64,000 nt of DNA, taken from positions 18,906-82,905 of the forward strand of contig JADLDY010000013.1 of NCBI GenBank assembly GCA_020846435.1, read 5' to 3'. Within the stretch, counting starts at the first letter, position 1. Each line of letters begins with the position of its first letter. The notes under the pieces were generated by a model. That model made no database searches and was not told where the DNA came from. It saw only the letters and a program-made list of their open reading frames with translations. The DNA is from Deltaproteobacteria bacterium. Its GTDB lineage: Bacteria; Desulfobacterota; GWC2-55-46. Positions 63,427-64,000 of the stretch are shown here, one piece after another. The position numbers and the translations under genes were made by a program.

Positions 63427-63729
63427 CTACTTAGCGTATTCCTTTACCTTGTCGGTCGTCTTGTCTACCGCCTTCTTCGTCTTCTCCACGGTCTTTCCAA
63501 CGGACTCTTTCGCTTCCCCGGCTTTCTCCTTGACCGTCTCGGCAGTGTCCTTTACCGTTTCAGCCGCTTCCTCAGCCGTGTGCTTGAGCCCTTTTTCGTA
63601 TCTTTCAAGCCTCTCGCCGGCCTCTTCTGTCTTGGCCCCGAATATCTTCAGATACTTCGGGCCGCCGAAGTACAAAAAGGCCGCCAGAGCGAGAATACCG
63701 ATGATAACGCCCAGGATGAACTTTTTCAT
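63427..63729 (-). CDS. Small membrane-anchored protein with a charged, K/E-rich, LEA/YtxH-like soluble tail.
   Basis: N-terminal TM helix ILGVIIGILALAAFLYF, then a repetitive AEEAAETVKDTAETVKEKAGEAKESVGKTVEKTKKAVDKT tail. Confidence 0.55.
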   Translation of the reverse strand: MKKFILGVIIGILALAAFLYFGGPKYLKIFGAKTEEAGERLERYEKGLKHTAEEAAETVKDTAETVKEKAGEAKESVGKTVEKTKKAVDKTTDKVKEYAK

Positions 63730-64000
63730 TCGTGCTCCTTTTCTTTGAGCCGCTCCTTTATGGCAAGCGCCTCTTTGTAGACCTCTGACCTCGGATGTCC
63801 CGAGTCAGCCGCAACCGCCTTTACCGCGTCGTTGAGCTTCGCTCCGCTCGACAGAAGCTCTTCGAGGCGGCCGTGAAAATCAAAGGCCACCGTCTCTTCA
63901 TTCGTCCTCAATATAAGGGTCACCTCTCCCTTGGGCTCACTGGAAAGAGCGGAGAGAGCCTCGCTGGCCTTCCCCCTTATTATCTCCTCGTGGAGCTTTG
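63726..64000 (-). CDS. rsmI: 16S rRNA (cytidine1402-2'-O)-methyltransferase RsmI; C-terminal fragment, with the gene continuing beyond the window end.
   Basis: ...GEVTLILRTNEE...SGAKLNDAVKAVAADSGHPRSEVYKEALAIKE parallels the RsmI C-terminus (GEMVLIVEGH...[25 protein letters not shown]). The frame is open to position 64000. Confidence 0.65.
   Translation of the reverse strand, partial: KLHEEIIRGKASEALSALSSEPKGEVTLILRTNEETVAFDFHGRLEELLSSGAKLNDAVKAVAADSGHPRSEVYKEALAIKERLKEKEHE

Noticed and set aside
1-64000. Looked for a CRISPR array, IS element or integrase-bounded island.
   Set aside because: No regularly spaced direct repeats and no transposase. The only tyrosine recombinase is xerC in its normal xerC-hslVU context. 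GC content appears uniform, apart from short AT-rich promoter spacers.

Overview
Overview: this is a high-GC (about 60-65%) bacterial chromosomal segment made up almost entirely of housekeeping operons. All genes run on the minus strand up to about 57.3 kb, where four plus-strand genes begin. No rRNA, tRNA, CRISPR array, IS element or prophage was recognised.

Gene content, by position on the plus strand:
- A partial lipoate-protein ligase family gene at the left edge.
- accC-accB-pepP preceded by a roadblock/LC7 gene and a small TPR-like gene, then aroB-aroK-aroC.
- A complete type IV pilus locus: an XRE-family HTH gene followed by pilMNOPQ, then a minor-pilin operon (pilV-pilW-pilX-pilY1, a PilY2-like small secreted protein, an Ig-like-repeat lipoprotein, and a FimT/GspH-like pseudopilin).
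- A textbook sigma-54 promoter in front of that minor-pilin operon, immediately downstream of a PilS/PilR-like two-component pair and pilD.
- An orphan HEPN gene, argJ, secA, an M23 peptidase, a Crp-family regulator, pmbA/tldD, a GNAT gene, recN, nadK, a Zn-alcohol dehydrogenase plus a class I (DhnA-type) aldolase, a small YHS/TRASH protein, folK, dapL, an FAH-family hydrolase, argG-argF-argD-argB, hslUV, xerC, lepB, lepA, cutA, a Mut7-C RNase-domain gene, pfkA, and radA.
- A cluster of an orphan histidine kinase, an Fnr-like regulator with N-terminal cysteines, and a TPR plus glycoside-hydrolase-like lipoprotein.
- A plus-strand operon in which a HEAT-repeat protein and an HD-GYP phosphodiesterase share a paralogous N-terminal domain of unknown function, convergent with a trmFO plus HEAT-repeat gene pair.
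- An acylphosphatase, two small envelope proteins, and a partial rsmI at the right edge.

The most unusual spots are:
- the sigma-54 / PilR-like regulated minor-pilin operon with its non-canonical accessory genes;
- the HEAT / HD-GYP pair with a shared N-terminal domain;
- the roadblock plus TPR-like mini-operon with no small GTPase nearby;
- the orphan HEPN and Mut7-C genes;
- a palindromic repeat element in the argB-argD spacer.

All calls rest on my reading of the translated ORFs and the intergenic sequence; nothing was searched against a database.
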